Source of the DNA: Chitinophagales bacterium
Lineage (GTDB): Bacteria; Bacteroidota; Bacteroidia; Chitinophagales; LD1
Length of the DNA: 64,000 nt
Assembly: GCA_044226285.1 (NCBI GenBank)
Contig: JBGAHI010000009.1
Span: 69,014-133,013, forward strand
Reading direction: 5' to 3'
Shown in pieces: positions 8,231 to 17,628 of this stretch. Numbering within the stretch: position 1 is the stretch's first letter; the number at the start of each line of letters is the position of its first letter. A program made the position numbers and the translations under genes. The notes under the pieces are model-generated. The model ran no database searches. It was given only the letters and a program-made list of their open reading frames with translations, and was not told the DNA's origin.

Positions 8231-9448
8231 ATGGCAATAGATGTGGCCGCTGTGCGCAATGATTTTCCTATCCTTCACCAAACAGTGAATGGGAAGCCAT
8301 TGATTTATTTCGATAATGCGGCCACTTCGCAAAAGCCTACTGTGGTTATTGATGCGATTTCAGATTACTACAAAAGGTATAATAGTAATATTCATCGTGG
8401 GGCGCATCACTTAGCGAATGTTGCTACAGAGGCCTATGAGCAATCGCGCGATTTTATTGCTACATATATTAATGCTGCAACAAGCGCAGAAATTAACTTT
8501 GTTCGCGGTACAACAGAGGCCGTGAATTTGGTGGCTGCGGGTATGGCAAAAGAATTGAAACCCGGTGATGAAATTTTGATTTCAACTTTGGAGCATCATT
8601 CTAATATTGTGCCTTGGCAAATGGCCTGTGAGGCTTCAGGGGCAACGTTGAAAGTAATTCCCATTAACGATGCAGGCGAATTGTTGATGGAGGAATACGA
8701 TAAGTTGTTGACAGAATATGTGAAGGTTGTGTCTTGTACCTATGTTTCCAATGCTTTGGGAACCATCAATCCTATCAAAGAAATTGTCGCCAAAGCGCAT
8801 GCGATAGGGGCAAAGGTTTTTGTTGATGCGGCACAAGCAGCTCCGCATAAGCAGATTGACGTACAAGACATCGATTGCGATTGGTTAGCATTTTCCGGAC
8901 ATAAAGTTTTTGGACCCACAGGTATCGGTATATTGTATGGTAAAACCGAGGTAATGAATGCCTTAGCGCCTTACATGGGTGGCGGTGAAATGATTGATAC
9001 GGTTACGTTTGAGAAAACAACGTACAATCGATTGCCTTATAAGTTTGAAGCCGGTACTCCGCATATTGAAGGGGGTATAGTATTGGGTGAAGCGTTGAAA
9101 TACATGCAGCAATTAGGTCTGGATGATATTCAACAGCAAGAAAATTTGCTTTTAGCACATGGCACAAAATTGTTGAGTGCAATTGATGGTATTCGATTCA
9201 TTGGGACAGCGAAAAACAAATGTTCAGTGATTAGTTTTTTGGTAGATGGTTGTCATCCTTTCGATATAGGTACAATGTTGGATGCGAATGGTATTGCGAT
9301 CCGCACCGGACATCATTGTTGTCAGCCCTTAATGCAACGATTGCATATTGACGGGACTTGCAGAGCATCTTTCGCTTTCTATAATACTACAGAAGAAATA
9401 GACGTGTTTGTTGAAACGCTACAAAAGGTAGTGAAAAGACTTAGATAA
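8231..9448 (+). CDS. sufS: Cysteine desulfurase SufS (class V aminotransferase)
   Basis: 405 aa. PLP-lysine motif SGHKVFGPTGIGILYG and catalytic Cys loop RTGHHCCQPL. Confidence 0.95.
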   Translation: MAIDVAAVRNDFPILHQTVNGKPLIYFDNAATSQKPTVVIDAISDYYKRYNSNIHRGAHHLANVATEAYEQSRDFIATYINAATSAEINFVRGTTEAVNLVAAGMAKELKPGDEILISTLEHHSNIVPWQMACEASGATLKVIPINDAGELLMEEYDKLLTEYVKVVSCTYVSNALGTINPIKEIVAKAHAIGAKVFVDAAQAAPHKQIDVQDIDCDWLAFSGHKVFGPTGIGILYGKTEVMNALAPYMGGGEMIDTVTFEKTTYNRLPYKFEAGTPHIEGGIVLGEALKYMQQLGLDDIQQQENLLLAHGTKLLSAIDGIRFIGTAKNKCSVISFLVDGCHPFDIGTMLDANGIAIRTGHHCCQPLMQRLHIDGTCRASFAFYNTTEEIDVFVETLQKVVKRLR

Positions 9449-9457
9449 AATAGTGAT

Positions 9458-10267
9458 TTAAATTTCTGTTCCTACTTCTTCACTTACGTAAAATCTAAAC
9501 AAGAAATAGGCTGCAATAGCGCAGCAGATATGCCAGATGGCATGACCTTGTAGCAATGAACCCGGGTCGCACAACGGACTTCCATCGAGCCACATATTCC
9601 AAACTGCAAAGCCCAGCAGTAAGAAAAAAATACTCCAATAGCCGTATTTTCGTGTGATTTGAAAATGCTTTACAAAGGCATTGTAGCTCTCAAATACAGC
9701 GGCATTAATAAGAAACAGTCCGAATGCCAAGTTCCCTGCATAACCAACAATGGGCACATAGCCGTGATATTGTCCGGCTATTTCACATATTACAACAACA
9801 GTGAAAAAAGTGATCGTGAAATTTAGGTTGCTCCAATTAAAGCTGCGTTGCATAGCATAAGCTGTAGCGAAAGCAGCAAGCAAATACATGCTTAGCATAT
9901 CTAATACACCACCGGTAATGGTTTCAGTGGCGTGCATAGCCATACTACCGGGGCCAAGGAAAACCACTAATGATGCAAAGAATGTTGCCGTGAATGTGCT
10001 TCGGGTTAAGGTGTTATTGGCATGGGCAAATGTAGCACCGGAGAGTTGATAGGCGATCAATAATCCAAAGAAAATAAAACTCAGGTTACTCCAGGTGTTG
10101 GCCGGTTGTTTGATCATGCCCTCGCGTGCGGCTTCGCAGAAGGCACCACCTACATTAGTTCCCGGTCCGAACCACTGAAAGTATACAGCTAAAAGAAAAC
10201 CACCAAATGTAATTGCCGCAAATAGCAATGTGTTTCGGAAAATGGATGTTCTGATTTGTGTTTGCAT
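9458..10267 (-). CDS. Seven-TM alkaline-ceramidase-family (ACER/Ypc1-like) membrane hydrolase
   Basis: 269 aa and polytopic. Its motifs line up with eukaryotic alkaline ceramidases: CE...NTWSNL, SMAMHATE, DMLSMY and HAIWHICCAIAAY (compare WNTxSNL, FHxT, DELPM, HxWWH). Confidence 0.65.
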   Translation of the reverse strand: MQTQIRTSIFRNTLLFAAITFGGFLLAVYFQWFGPGTNVGGAFCEAAREGMIKQPANTWSNLSFIFFGLLIAYQLSGATFAHANNTLTRSTFTATFFASLVVFLGPGSMAMHATETITGGVLDMLSMYLLAAFATAYAMQRSFNWSNLNFTITFFTVVVICEIAGQYHGYVPIVGYAGNLAFGLFLINAAVFESYNAFVKHFQITRKYGYWSIFFLLLGFAVWNMWLDGSPLCDPGSLLQGHAIWHICCAIAAYFLFRFYVSEEVGTEI

Positions 10268-10399
10268 GCTACAATTTATAGGAATTCAATTGATTAAATA
10301 GCTTTCCCGTATAGACTTCAATTAACAACCTATTGTTTAGGCTGAAGGAAGTTTTGTATTCCCCGAATTTCCGTTTATTTTGGGTGAAATAATCAAGCC

Positions 10400-11554
10400 A
10401 TGCCACATTATTGTAAACGGGGAAGTATTCCTGCAAAGCGACATACACAGTTTCGAAAACCGGATGGTTCGTTGTATGCTGAAGAATTAGTAGGAACAGA
10501 AGGCTTTTCGGACGTGTCTTCCATTGTTTATCACGTACATCCGCCAACAGCAGTATTAGAAGTAGGAGAGCCTACACCATTCGCACCTAGGATAGCCGAA
10601 CGTAAGAATCTGAAAAATAGATGTTACAAAGGATTTAAAGTTCAGCCACAAGACGATTTTCTGCAGTCGAGAAAATATGTGTTGGTGAATTCGGATGTGT
10701 ATTTGGCGTTATCGGCTCCTCGTAAAAGCATGAGCGATTATTTCTACAAGAATGCGGAAGCCGATGAAGTGATTTTTGTGCATGAAGGGAGTGGTACATT
10801 GAAATCATTGTACGGGGAAATAACCTTTAGTTATGGTGATTATTTGGTAATTCCACGCGGTACTATTTATCAGATGGAATTTAATACGGAAGATAATCGT
10901 TTGTTGATTATTGAATCGTTTTCACCACTTGTATATCCGAAACGTTATAGAAACGAATATGGGCAATTGCTAGAAAATTCACCTTTCTGTGAACGTGATA
11001 TCCGCGAACCGGAGCAATTGACAACGAACGATGCAACAGGTGATTTTTTGGTGTACATCAAAAAATCGGATCATCTGTTTCCGTATCACTACCAACATCA
11101 TCCTTTTGATGCCATTGGTTGGGATGGTTGTTTATATCCGTATGCTTTCTCTATTCATAATTTTGAACCCATTACCGGACGAGTGCATCAACCGCCACCG
11201 GTGCATCAAACTTTTGAGGCTCGCAATTTTGTGATTTGCAGTTTTGTTCCGCGAAAGTATGATTACCATCCGTTGGCCGTTCCTGCACCTTATTTTCATA
11301 GCAATGTAGATTCAGATGAAGTGCTGTATTACGTAGATGGAGATTTCATGAGTAGAAAGCATGTTGAGCGAGGAATGATATCGCATCATCCGCTGGGCAT
11401 TCCGCATGGACCACATCCCGGAACAATCGAGAAAAGCATTGGCAAAGAAGCAACGCATGAGTTAGCCGTGATGGTAGATACTTTCCGTCCGCTCCACATT
11501 TGTGAAGAGGCGCTCGATATTGAAGACAAAGAATACTATAAGAGTTGGTTATAA
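10400..11554 (+). CDS. hmgA: Homogentisate 1,2-dioxygenase
   Basis: 384 aa. The N-terminus MPHYCKRGSIPAKRHTQF... and the cupin core with His ligands are typical of the short bacterial HmgA. Confidence 0.85.
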   Translation: MPHYCKRGSIPAKRHTQFRKPDGSLYAEELVGTEGFSDVSSIVYHVHPPTAVLEVGEPTPFAPRIAERKNLKNRCYKGFKVQPQDDFLQSRKYVLVNSDVYLALSAPRKSMSDYFYKNAEADEVIFVHEGSGTLKSLYGEITFSYGDYLVIPRGTIYQMEFNTEDNRLLIIESFSPLVYPKRYRNEYGQLLENSPFCERDIREPEQLTTNDATGDFLVYIKKSDHLFPYHYQHHPFDAIGWDGCLYPYAFSIHNFEPITGRVHQPPPVHQTFEARNFVICSFVPRKYDYHPLAVPAPYFHSNVDSDEVLYYVDGDFMSRKHVERGMISHHPLGIPHGPHPGTIEKSIGKEATHELAVMVDTFRPLHICEEALDIEDKEYYKSWL

Positions 11555-11580
11555 AATAGCAATTTCAAACGACATATATT

Positions 11581-13164
11581 ATGGCAAAAAAAGTACAAAC
11601 AAGTAATACGAAGAAGGCTGAAACTACTGTAGTGAAAAAAAGTTCAAGTTTCTCGTTGAATGTAGATTGGGTACACGTTTTCATTCTTTCTGCATTGTTT
11701 TGGATGATTTACTTATGGATTTTCAATTCCAATTATGTGGACTTGAATGGCGATAATTTTGCTTACTTTCTTTTAGGTCGTGGATTGGCGGAAGGACATG
11801 GATATGTAAATGCCACTTCCATTCATCCAACACCGCAAATCCATTTCCCTCCTGGCTTTCCGTTCATCATTGCCACATGCATCAAGCTATTCAATGCCGA
11901 TATGATGGATGTTAGTTTTGCGATGGGTATGTTTTATTTTGTTTCTATTCTCCTGTTCTATTTCACGCTTACCAAAATTCAAGCATCGAAGGCATTGGCT
12001 TTTGTGGTGAGTATTTTTGTGTTGTTGAATCAATTGTTGATGAGTAGTGCGGTGTCGTGTATGAGCGAGATTCCTTTCGTATTGGCCAGCATAGCAGGGA
12101 TTTTCTTTTTGGTGCGTTCTGCTAATGATGACAATCCTTTGAAGAGTTGGAAATTGTTATTGTCGGTTGGTGCTTTCGCCATTGGCTACTACATCAAATC
12201 TATTGGTATTGCGCTTTTTGGGGCTATGTTTCTTTATTTCTTGTTCTCCAAAAAGTGGAAACATTTGTTAGTGTCAACAGGCGCTTATGTTTTGATGGTA
12301 TTGCCGTGGTACATTCGCGGTAAGCAAGTGGGCAGTTCGTATGCATCGCAATTGATGCAGGTGAATCCATACAAACCGGAGTTGGGTAACTTAACTATGG
12401 CTACCTTTATTGAGCGGATAGAAAACAATTTCATTCGTTACGTTTCCTTAGATATTCCAACTAGTATTTTTGGATTGGAACTCACTACAGAGAAAACACC
12501 ACTTTCGTTTTGGATAACCGGTATAGTGATTATTGCTTTTATTCTTTTCGGGATTTTCCGTTTGAAAGATTACAAGTTTTTCTTCTTAGGGTACATAGTT
12601 GCCGTATTCACCATTTTGTTGGCATGGCCGGATGCCTTTGGAGGATTGCGTTTCATTGAAGTGCTTGTGCCTGTGTTTTTGTTCTTATTTATTTATGGTA
12701 TTATCAGTATGGTTGAATTTGTTCTCGGCAAATTATCGATTACCAGTTTTAGTCCGTATTGGTTATTGTTTTTTGCCATGTACTATTATTCGCCATTAGA
12801 GACTTTGAAAAATAAACTCACAGAGCCAACGCCACAGAATTACAGAAATTACTTTGAATTGGCGAAATGGGCCAAAGCTAATACACCAAAAGACGCAGTG
12901 TTCAGTGCAAGAAAGCCGGATATGTTCATGTACTTTGCCGATAGAATAACTATTGGCGATAAGCCATCGTTAAACGACACAGTGGTATTGGATTATTTCC
13001 GTGAAAACAGTGTAGATTATGTGGTTTTGGAGCAACTTGGTTTTGCTTCTACTGCGAAATATCTTTATCCAGCAATTCAGAAGAATCAGGCTAAATTCCC
13101 CATTGCCATTCAATTACCGAATCCTGATACATACTTGTTGAAGTTCACCGAAGGCGATAGATAA
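11581..13164 (+). CDS. Polytopic membrane protein, probable GT-C fold (ArnT/PMT-like, GT39-type) glycosyltransferase
   Basis: 527 aa with about 12 predicted TM helices and a soluble C-terminal domain. The first loop, GDNFAYFLLGRGLAEGHGY, resembles the ArnT/PMT acidic loop. Confidence 0.5.
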   Translation: MAKKVQTSNTKKAETTVVKKSSSFSLNVDWVHVFILSALFWMIYLWIFNSNYVDLNGDNFAYFLLGRGLAEGHGYVNATSIHPTPQIHFPPGFPFIIATCIKLFNADMMDVSFAMGMFYFVSILLFYFTLTKIQASKALAFVVSIFVLLNQLLMSSAVSCMSEIPFVLASIAGIFFLVRSANDDNPLKSWKLLLSVGAFAIGYYIKSIGIALFGAMFLYFLFSKKWKHLLVSTGAYVLMVLPWYIRGKQVGSSYASQLMQVNPYKPELGNLTMATFIERIENNFIRYVSLDIPTSIFGLELTTEKTPLSFWITGIVIIAFILFGIFRLKDYKFFFLGYIVAVFTILLAWPDAFGGLRFIEVLVPVFLFLFIYGIISMVEFVLGKLSITSFSPYWLLFFAMYYYSPLETLKNKLTEPTPQNYRNYFELAKWAKANTPKDAVFSARKPDMFMYFADRITIGDKPSLNDTVVLDYFRENSVDYVVLEQLGFASTAKYLYPAIQKNQAKFPIAIQLPNPDTYLLKFTEGDR

Positions 13165-13168
13165 ACGC

Positions 13169-13768
13169 TTATCGGAACGAGATGTTGCTCATCGCTTTCA
13201 ATACATACTCTTTGAATCGATTGTTGCGTTCAATATCGTAGGTTGGATCTTTGTATTGAAACCAATACGTAAACACGTAATAATCGTTTGTTTTCTTATT
13301 TTGAGCAACTAGGTAGTAACGACTGTAATTACTTGCTTTTGATCGTCTGTAGAAGCGGGTATGTAAGTACAATCCCTCTTCACCTGTTTTTAGTTTTACT
13401 ATGGAAGAATCTACAGTGTAGTTTGCTTCTTGTACCTTATCGTAAAAGGTATTGAAGTCTTTTAGTTCTTCTTCTAGAATAGCTTTTACATCCGTTTGTG
13501 CCGCTTTTTTAATGGTAAGAAAAGCGGTAACCGGACTTTGCAACACCATTGGTTTGATGCCTATGCCCGTGAACTCATATTTGTGGGAATACTCTGAAGC
13601 GTTGGCTATAGTTACCACTTTCCATTCTTGTGGTATTTCAGCTACAAAGCGGTTGTCTTCTACTTTTTTGGTGCTATTCCAAACGGTGGTATCTATTTGT
13701 GCGGATAATGAAAAAAAGCTGCCCAATACTAAAGCAGTGAGGATGTTTTTTCGTGAATGTAGTTTCAT
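13169..13768 (-). CDS. Secreted protein of unknown function
   Basis: 199 aa with the signal peptide MKLHSRKNILTALVLGSFFSLSAQ. Confidence 0.65.
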   Translation of the reverse strand: MKLHSRKNILTALVLGSFFSLSAQIDTTVWNSTKKVEDNRFVAEIPQEWKVVTIANASEYSHKYEFTGIGIKPMVLQSPVTAFLTIKKAAQTDVKAILEEELKDFNTFYDKVQEANYTVDSSIVKLKTGEEGLYLHTRFYRRSKASNYSRYYLVAQNKKTNDYYVFTYWFQYKDPTYDIERNNRFKEYVLKAMSNISFR

Positions 13769-13797
13769 AGTTGTTTTGTCTATTTCCCTTTGATTAT

Positions 13798-14337
13798 CTA
13801 AAAGCGTACCAAACTATTTACCGGAGTTGCATATCCGGCTAGTTTTTCGGTTCCGTTCAGAAAATCAAGACTCATCAGAAAGCAGAATTCAGCTACATTT
13901 GCACCTTCTGCTTTTACCAATTCTGCAGCAGCAATAGCCGTTCCACCGGTTGCTAATACATCATCATGAATCAGGATATTCCATCCCGGCTTCAGTATGT
14001 TCGATTGCACTTCAAGTGTTGCAGAGCCATATTCCAAATCGTAGGTGAACGAACGAACAGCTCCGGGCAATTTGCCTTTTTTTCGAAGCGGAATAAGCGG
14101 AATTTGCAACTCTTGGGCAATCAACATGCCAAAGAAAAACCCTCGGCTTTCTATTACGCAAATAGCATCCGGAATGTTTCGCAACTGCTTCACAAATTCT
14201 TTGGTAACATCTTTACATAATTCGGCATCCAAAAAAATAGGGGAGATGTCTTTGAATAAAATACCCGGTTTTGGGAAGCCCACCACTTCTTTAATAGCTG
14301 ATTGAAGTCTGGTTTCGATGCTTTGCGCTTGTTGCAT
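13798..14337 (-). CDS. apt: Adenine phosphoribosyltransferase
   Basis: The internal ATG at 14337 gives a 179-aa protein (MQQAQSIETRLQSAIKEVVGFPKPGILFKDISP...). PRPP motif ILIHDDVLATGGTA. The longer track ORF would overlap the upstream permease gene. Confidence 0.93.
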   Translation of the reverse strand: MQQAQSIETRLQSAIKEVVGFPKPGILFKDISPIFLDAELCKDVTKEFVKQLRNIPDAICVIESRGFFFGMLIAQELQIPLIPLRKKGKLPGAVRSFTYDLEYGSATLEVQSNILKPGWNILIHDDVLATGGTAIAAAELVKAEGANVAEFCFLMSLDFLNGTEKLAGYATPVNSLVRF

Positions 14338-14359
14338 AAAATGAAAATGGTTTTTGAAA

Positions 14360-15799
14360 TTAAACTGTCTTTTGTTTGTTCTGCCAATAATAATAAACAG
14401 GAATTCCGAGCAAAACAATGCCAAAACCAGGGTAGGTGGTCAGTGGTTTGTTTATCAATAAATTAATGCAGAAAAGTGCGGCCAATAGGATGTAAAGAAC
14501 AGGTATAATTGGGTAGCCCCAAACTTTATACGGACGATCCAACTCCGGTTTGTTTTTGCGAAGAATGAAGATGCCCGCAATAGTGATGATATAAAAGAAC
14601 ATCACAGGGAACATGATATAATCTAAGAGTAGCCCATACTTGCCCGATAAGCAGAGCACGGAAGCCCAAATACATTGCACCCAAAGGGCGAAAGAGGGAA
14701 CACCCGCTTCGTTGTTATTTTTCATACGGTCGAAGAATAAACCGTCTTTGGCCATAGCTTGAAATAAACGTGCCGAAGAAAGAATGATGCCATTGTTACA
14801 ACTGAATGTAGATACCATAATGAGCACAGCCATAATCACAGAAGCAATGCCCCCAAAAATCATGAAGGCAGCTGAAACGCCTACACGGTCTTGATCGGCA
14901 AACATAATTCCTTTTTCAAAAATGGATGCACCATGTGGATTGCCGTAAAATGGAAGTAAATGCAAGTAAGCAATATTTGCGAAAAAGTAAATCACTGAAA
15001 CCGAAAGTGTACCTATCAATAAGGCTAAAGGAATATTCTTTTTTGGGTTCTCGATTTCACCTGAAATGAAAGTAACGTTGTTCCATGCATCGCTTGAAAA
15101 CAAAGAACCTACAAGTGCAATACCCAACGCAGACAATAATCCGATAGTTGTAAGCGCACTATTGCTAATGCCATCAGCTGTTTCCGTAATGGTGCCGGAA
15201 CGCCACATATCTTTTGTGTTTTCCAACCATACCTCTTGATTGCCAAAAACAAAAATGCCAAGGATAATAATACCGAAGAGTGCAATGATTTTTGACGATG
15301 AAAAAATACGCACAATCCACTTGCCGTATTGAATGCCTTTACTGTTCATCCATGTGAGGAAGACAATCAATAAAATGCCTATTAATTGCGCTGCAGAAAA
15401 GGAAAAGCTGCCAATAGAAAATAAAATGTTTTTTTCGCTGAATGGCGTAAACAACACTCCGCTGAATTTTGCAAAAGCCACAGCAACGGCAGCAATGGTA
15501 CCGCATTGGACTACGAGGAATAATGTCCATCCATACACAAAACCTACAAGCGGATTATATGCTTCTTTCAAATAATGATAGTTGCCACCTGCTTTAGGAA
15601 ACATGCCTGCCAACTCTCCATAACTTAATGCTCCAAGCACTGTAATTAATCCTGAAAGTACCCACAGCAAAAGCATCCAGCCGGTGCCGCCTACCGTGCG
15701 CGACATATCGGCACTCACAATAAAAATGCCGGAACCAATCATAGATCCGGCTACAATTAAAATAGCATCAATGAGTTTGAGCGAAGGTTTGTTTTCCAT
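14360..15799 (-). CDS. APC-superfamily amino acid permease (LAT/SteT-like)
   Basis: 479 aa with 12 TM helices. N-terminal signature GSMIGSGIFIV...ALSYGELAGMFPKAGGNYHYL. Confidence 0.88.
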   Translation of the reverse strand: MENKPSLKLIDAILIVAGSMIGSGIFIVSADMSRTVGGTGWMLLLWVLSGLITVLGALSYGELAGMFPKAGGNYHYLKEAYNPLVGFVYGWTLFLVVQCGTIAAVAVAFAKFSGVLFTPFSEKNILFSIGSFSFSAAQLIGILLIVFLTWMNSKGIQYGKWIVRIFSSSKIIALFGIIILGIFVFGNQEVWLENTKDMWRSGTITETADGISNSALTTIGLLSALGIALVGSLFSSDAWNNVTFISGEIENPKKNIPLALLIGTLSVSVIYFFANIAYLHLLPFYGNPHGASIFEKGIMFADQDRVGVSAAFMIFGGIASVIMAVLIMVSTFSCNNGIILSSARLFQAMAKDGLFFDRMKNNNEAGVPSFALWVQCIWASVLCLSGKYGLLLDYIMFPVMFFYIITIAGIFILRKNKPELDRPYKVWGYPIIPVLYILLAALFCINLLINKPLTTYPGFGIVLLGIPVYYYWQNKQKTV

Positions 15800-15979
15800 G
15801 CATCTGCTTTTGTGTAAGATAAACCAATATTTTCAAGGAACAACTTCTTGGTTTAGAAATCGAATTGTCACACTTACGTCATAAGATAAACCGCATTTTT
15901 TGTTTTACAGTTTGGTGACAATAGATTTTATCCGTTCCTTAAGTTTACCCCAAGTTCTTTAACCCTAAAATGAAAAGCA

Positions 15980-17611
15980 ATGAAGATATATACTCAATCT
16001 TTTGCAATCCTCTTGTTTACGGCTTTTTTGACCGTTTTTTGTTTTGATACCTACGCACAAAACATGGAATATTTAGATGCCAATAATGTGAAGGCAGGAT
16101 TTTCATCCACTGGGTTGATGTTTAGTAAAGTTACTAACGGTATAATTAATAATAGTGGCTATGAGGCGCCCATAGGTTCAGGAAAGAATGCAATTTTCAC
16201 TTCTTCACTTTGGTTAAGTGGATTAGACAACACGAATAGTTTACATGGAGCAGTAACTCGTTATGGCGCAAAGGAAGATTGGATTGCAGGACCAATATCA
16301 ACTCATTATGATTCCCTTTATGATTCTTTGTATAATAGAGTATATAAGGTCTCCAGACAGGAGATAGATATACATCGTGCAAATTATTTCAAACCAGGAT
16401 ATAGTATGCCTTCTGCAATACAACAATGGCCAGGTAATGGAAGATTTCAATTCAACGAAACAGCACAAATGGCTCCATTTGTTGATAAAAACAGCAATGG
16501 GATTTATGAGCCAGACTTAGGCGATTATCCCGATATCATTGGAGAGCAAGCAGTGTTTTTTACACTGAATGATGCAAGAAGTAATTCATACGCGAATTGT
16601 TTAAAGATGAATATTGAATTGCATGTATTGGCTTATGCAGTTCAATGCAATCAAGACAGCGTTTTGAATAATACAGTTTTTCTGCGATTGAAGTTCATTA
16701 ATAAGTCCTTGAACGATTATCATGATGTGTATTTTTCTAATTATGTCGATCCTGATCTAGGATGCCAGTGGAATGATAGAGTAGGGTGTGATACCCTTTC
16801 CAATTCGTATTATGTATACAATGGAACTACCTCAGATCCTGATGGATGCTCTATTGGATTTAAAGGATATACTGATACAAGTATAGTTCATGGTTTCTCC
16901 TATTTAAATCAGACGATGACAGGATTTAATTTTTACAACAATAGTACTGGTGCACCAATGGGAGATCCTATTTTTTGTAGTGAATATCGAAATTATCAAA
17001 CCGGAAAATTTAAAGATGGCACATCGCTTCATTATGGAGGAAACGGTTACCTAGGAACTGGCACTAATACTCTTTTTTGTTTTCCAGGAAATCCGAATGA
17101 TTCATTGAGTTGGTCTGAAGTCCATACGCAAACTGCCGATTCTGTAATACCTGGAGATAGACGTATGGTGAGTACCATTTTCTTAGATACTTTCAAAATG
17201 AATCAACATAAGGTAATTGATATTGCCTCTGTATCAACACTAAGTACAACTGTTGACAATATAGCTTTGGTTAATACCTTTTTATCCGATATTCAACATA
17301 TTCGTTCATTGTATCAACAACAATTTAATTATTGTGGCAAAATTTATTCCGGTGTACGAAATGAAGTTGAAAATCCTTTTGCTATTGAGTTACATCCTAA
17401 TCCTACCAATGGGAAGCTAAACGTCAAATTGACAAGTATTGGTACTGATGCAAGTATAATCGTAATGAGTATTCAAGGTCAAATACTACGAATGGAAACG
17501 ATAACTCAAGAAGAAACTATGCTTGATTTATCTGCATTAGCTAAAGGTGTTTATTTGATTAAAGTGCAAAGCGAAGGGAATACGATTGTGAAGAGAGTAG
17601 TTGTTCAATAA
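15980..17611 (+). CDS. T9SS (type A C-terminal domain) secreted protein of unknown function, paralog 1
   Basis: 543 aa with a signal peptide. C-terminal sorting domain ...LHPNPTNGKLNVKL...GVYLIKVQSEGNTIVKRVVVQ. Paralogous to the next gene. Confidence 0.8.
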   Translation: MKIYTQSFAILLFTAFLTVFCFDTYAQNMEYLDANNVKAGFSSTGLMFSKVTNGIINNSGYEAPIGSGKNAIFTSSLWLSGLDNTNSLHGAVTRYGAKEDWIAGPISTHYDSLYDSLYNRVYKVSRQEIDIHRANYFKPGYSMPSAIQQWPGNGRFQFNETAQMAPFVDKNSNGIYEPDLGDYPDIIGEQAVFFTLNDARSNSYANCLKMNIELHVLAYAVQCNQDSVLNNTVFLRLKFINKSLNDYHDVYFSNYVDPDLGCQWNDRVGCDTLSNSYYVYNGTTSDPDGCSIGFKGYTDTSIVHGFSYLNQTMTGFNFYNNSTGAPMGDPIFCSEYRNYQTGKFKDGTSLHYGGNGYLGTGTNTLFCFPGNPNDSLSWSEVHTQTADSVIPGDRRMVSTIFLDTFKMNQHKVIDIASVSTLSTTVDNIALVNTFLSDIQHIRSLYQQQFNYCGKIYSGVRNEVENPFAIELHPNPTNGKLNVKLTSIGTDASIIVMSIQGQILRMETITQEETMLDLSALAKGVYLIKVQSEGNTIVKRVVVQ

Positions 17612-17628
17612 AAAGAAAAAAACACATT

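Noticed and set aside
10269-10547. 92-aa minus-strand ORF between the ceramidase-like gene and hmgA (and similar ORFs at 37076..37324 and 45328..45528)
   Set aside because: They overlap the 5' ends or promoters of well-supported genes. They lack recognisable features and have atypical composition.
14338-14424. N-terminal extensions given by the ORF track for apt and for several other genes (3269..4318, 24507.., 47507..48238, 58592..59935, 48239..50767, 37176..38051)
   Set aside because: In each case an internal ATG gives a canonical N-terminus (a signal peptide or the family-typical start) and removes overlaps. The longer forms start at TTG/GTG or add non-homologous residues.
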